Of a DNA stretch of 64,000 nt, positions 61,831-64,000 are shown piece by piece (positions within the stretch are counted from its first letter, which is position 1; every line of letters starts with the position of its first letter). The translations under genes and the position numbers were made by a program. The stretch lies in NCBI RefSeq assembly GCF_009914755.1, contig NC_060932.1; one strand, 5' to 3'. The stretch comes from the human T2T-CHM13v2.0 reference genome, Homo sapiens. Under the pieces are notes generated by a model. That model searched no databases. It was not told the origin of the DNA and worked only from the letters and a program-made list of their open reading frames with translations.

Positions 61831-63325
61831 TGACAAGATGTCAGTTCTTCTGTATTTCGTCTGCAGACTCAATGCAATTGTAGTCAAAATCTCAGTGAGT
61901 TATTTTGTGGATAGAGGCAAAAGACTCAGGATAACCAACACAATACTGTAGGAGAGCAAAGTTAGGGGAATGACACTGCTCAACCTCAAGGCTTATTATA
62001 AAGCTACAGTAATCAAGATAGTATGATTAGGGTGAAAGAATAGACTTAGACAAATAGATGAATGAACAGAATAGAGAACTCAGGAAGAAAACCACATAAA
62101 TATAAACTGATCTTTGGCAAAGGACCAAGGACATACAGTAGACAAAAAATCGTCTTTTCAACAAATGATGCTAGAACAACTGCACATCCACATAAGAAAG
62201 GGTGAGTCTAGACACCTCACACCCTTCACAAAAATCAACTCAAACCATAGACCTAAATATAAAATGTGAAACTTTAAAATTGCTAGACAGAAACAACAAA
62301 GATGACCTTAGGATTTGCAATGAGTTTTTAAATATAACAACAAAGACATGATCCATGTAAGAAAAAATCAATAAGCTAGACTTTGTTAAAATTAAAAACT
62401 TCTGCTCCATGAAAGAGAACCTCAAGAAAACAAAAAGCCAGAGACTATAAGAAAATATTTTCAAAACGCATATCTTACAAAGCTCTGTTATCTAAAATAC
62501 ACAAAGCACACTTAAAACTCACGAACAATAAAACAAGCAACCTAATTTAAAAATGGGCAAAAGATCTGAACAGACACTTCATCAAAATGTCCAAATGAGA
62601 ATAAGCATATGAAAAGATGTTTTCCGTAGTATCTCATGAGGAAAATGCAAATTCAAACAATGAGATGCCACCATACACATATTGGAATGACCCAAAACCT
62701 TGAACACTTACAACACCAAATGCTGGCAGGGATGCAGAACAATATGAACTTTCATTCATTGCCAGTGGGAATGCGAAACATTATAGCCACTTATTAAGAT
62801 ATTTTGGTTGTTTGTAACATAAGACTACTAGCCATACTCTCACCATATAATCCGATAATTGTCCTCCTCCTTATTGACTCTAAAAAAGTGAAGAGGCTGC
62901 ATGCTGTGTAATTCCAACTGCATGACACTCTGAGAAAGGCAAAGCTATAGGGACAGGAAAAGTTTCACTGGTTGCCTGGGGCTGGGGGCAGGGAGAGATA
63001 CATAGATGGAGTACAGAGAACTTTTAGGACAGTAAAAATACACTTTATTATACTATAATGGTGGATACATGCAAGTATATATTTGTCAAAACCTGCAGAA
63101 TGTCCAACAGCATGAGTGAGCCCTAATGTAAACTGTAGATTTTGGGTAATAAAGAAGTGTCAGGGTAGATTCATCAATTGCAAAAAAATATACTTCTTTG
63201 GTAGGGAATGTTCATAACCAGGGAGGCTGTGTATGTGGGGACAGCAGGTACGTGGGAAATCTCTGTACCCTCAAAGTAATTTTGATATAAACATAAAACT
63301 ACTTTAAGAAATCTTTTAAATAAAT
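61831..63325 (+). mobile_element. L1MC1-like element (ORF2 end plus 3' UTR) nested in the older L1M
   Basis: tataaagctacagtaatcaaga...aaatgggcaaaagatctgaacagacac...gagtgagccctaatgtaaact...aaaactactttaa. Confidence 0.85.
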
Positions 63326-63369
63326 ATATAAATAAATTTAAAATAAGTACAAAACATCTACAAGTTAAA

Positions 63370-64000
63370 AGTGGGTTATATTCTGGTGAAATAGAGCAAC
63401 TTGGTTTCAATATAGATCTACCCTTTCCCGTTTATTTCGTACTGTTTTCATATATGTCACGTTCGTACACATACACACTTAGATGATTAAAATCCAAAAA
63501 TGTGCTGTTTTAATTGTTTTAAATCTTGTATTTCAAAAAATATATAAAGAAAAGAGTAAAAGTATTAATGCAGATGTTATTACTTCTGGTGTTCTTCATT
63601 TTTTCCTGTGAAATTGTTTTATAATTTAGAGTCATTTTCCTTTCCATAGGAGGAATTTCCATTTGTAGTTTTTCTAGAATGGCTATGCTAGCAATGGATT
63701 ATCTTAATGTTTGTTGGCCCCAAAATTTATTTTATTTACCATCATTTTAGAAAACTATTTTTAATGGACATAGAGTTCTTGGCAAATGTTTTATTTATTT
63801 ATTTATTTTTTTGTCAGCACTTTGAGTAAGTCATCGTGAGGCCTTCTGGTCTCCATTGTTTCTGATGAAAAGTCAGCTGTTATTCTTATTGCTGTTTATC
63901 TTTAGGTCATAATAATTTTTCTTTTGCCATTTTTAGTATTTTCATCTTTCAGCAATTTGACTATGTTGTATGTAGATGTAACTCTCTTTCTGTTAATTTT
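63370..64000 (-). mobile_element. Ancient L1M ORF1-region fragment
   Basis: gcactttgagtaagtcat...ccttctggtctccattgtttctgatgaaaagtcagctg...ttcagcaatttgactatg. Confidence 0.7.

Overview
This window is great-ape (most likely human) genomic DNA. A full-length SVA_D-like element, AluY/S/J, L1PA3- and L1PA7-like LINEs, THE1/MST/MLT, LTR12 and MER50 fix the lineage. It is AT-rich, intergenic or deep intronic, and roughly half recognisable transposon debris. I found no supportable protein-coding exon, tRNA, rRNA or CRISPR array, and the only real protein homology in the ORF track is broken L1 ORF2p. I did not find a convincing previously undescribed biological system and cannot name the locus. The best leads are: a 40-bp minisatellite apparently born from an old L1 3' end; a probable short 3' transduction in the SVA tail; transversion-rich (C<->G) decay of Alus that keep their CpGs, hinting at a hypermutable region; an inverted old L1MC with a nested L1PA3 and a local inverted micro-duplication; a 165-bp local duplication; an LTR12 with an intact-looking promoter; a Z-DNA/palindrome tract; and repeat-free, motif-rich candidate enhancers. 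Repeat family names come from recalled consensus sequences, not a database search. Old-element boundaries are approximate, and identities were estimated by eye.
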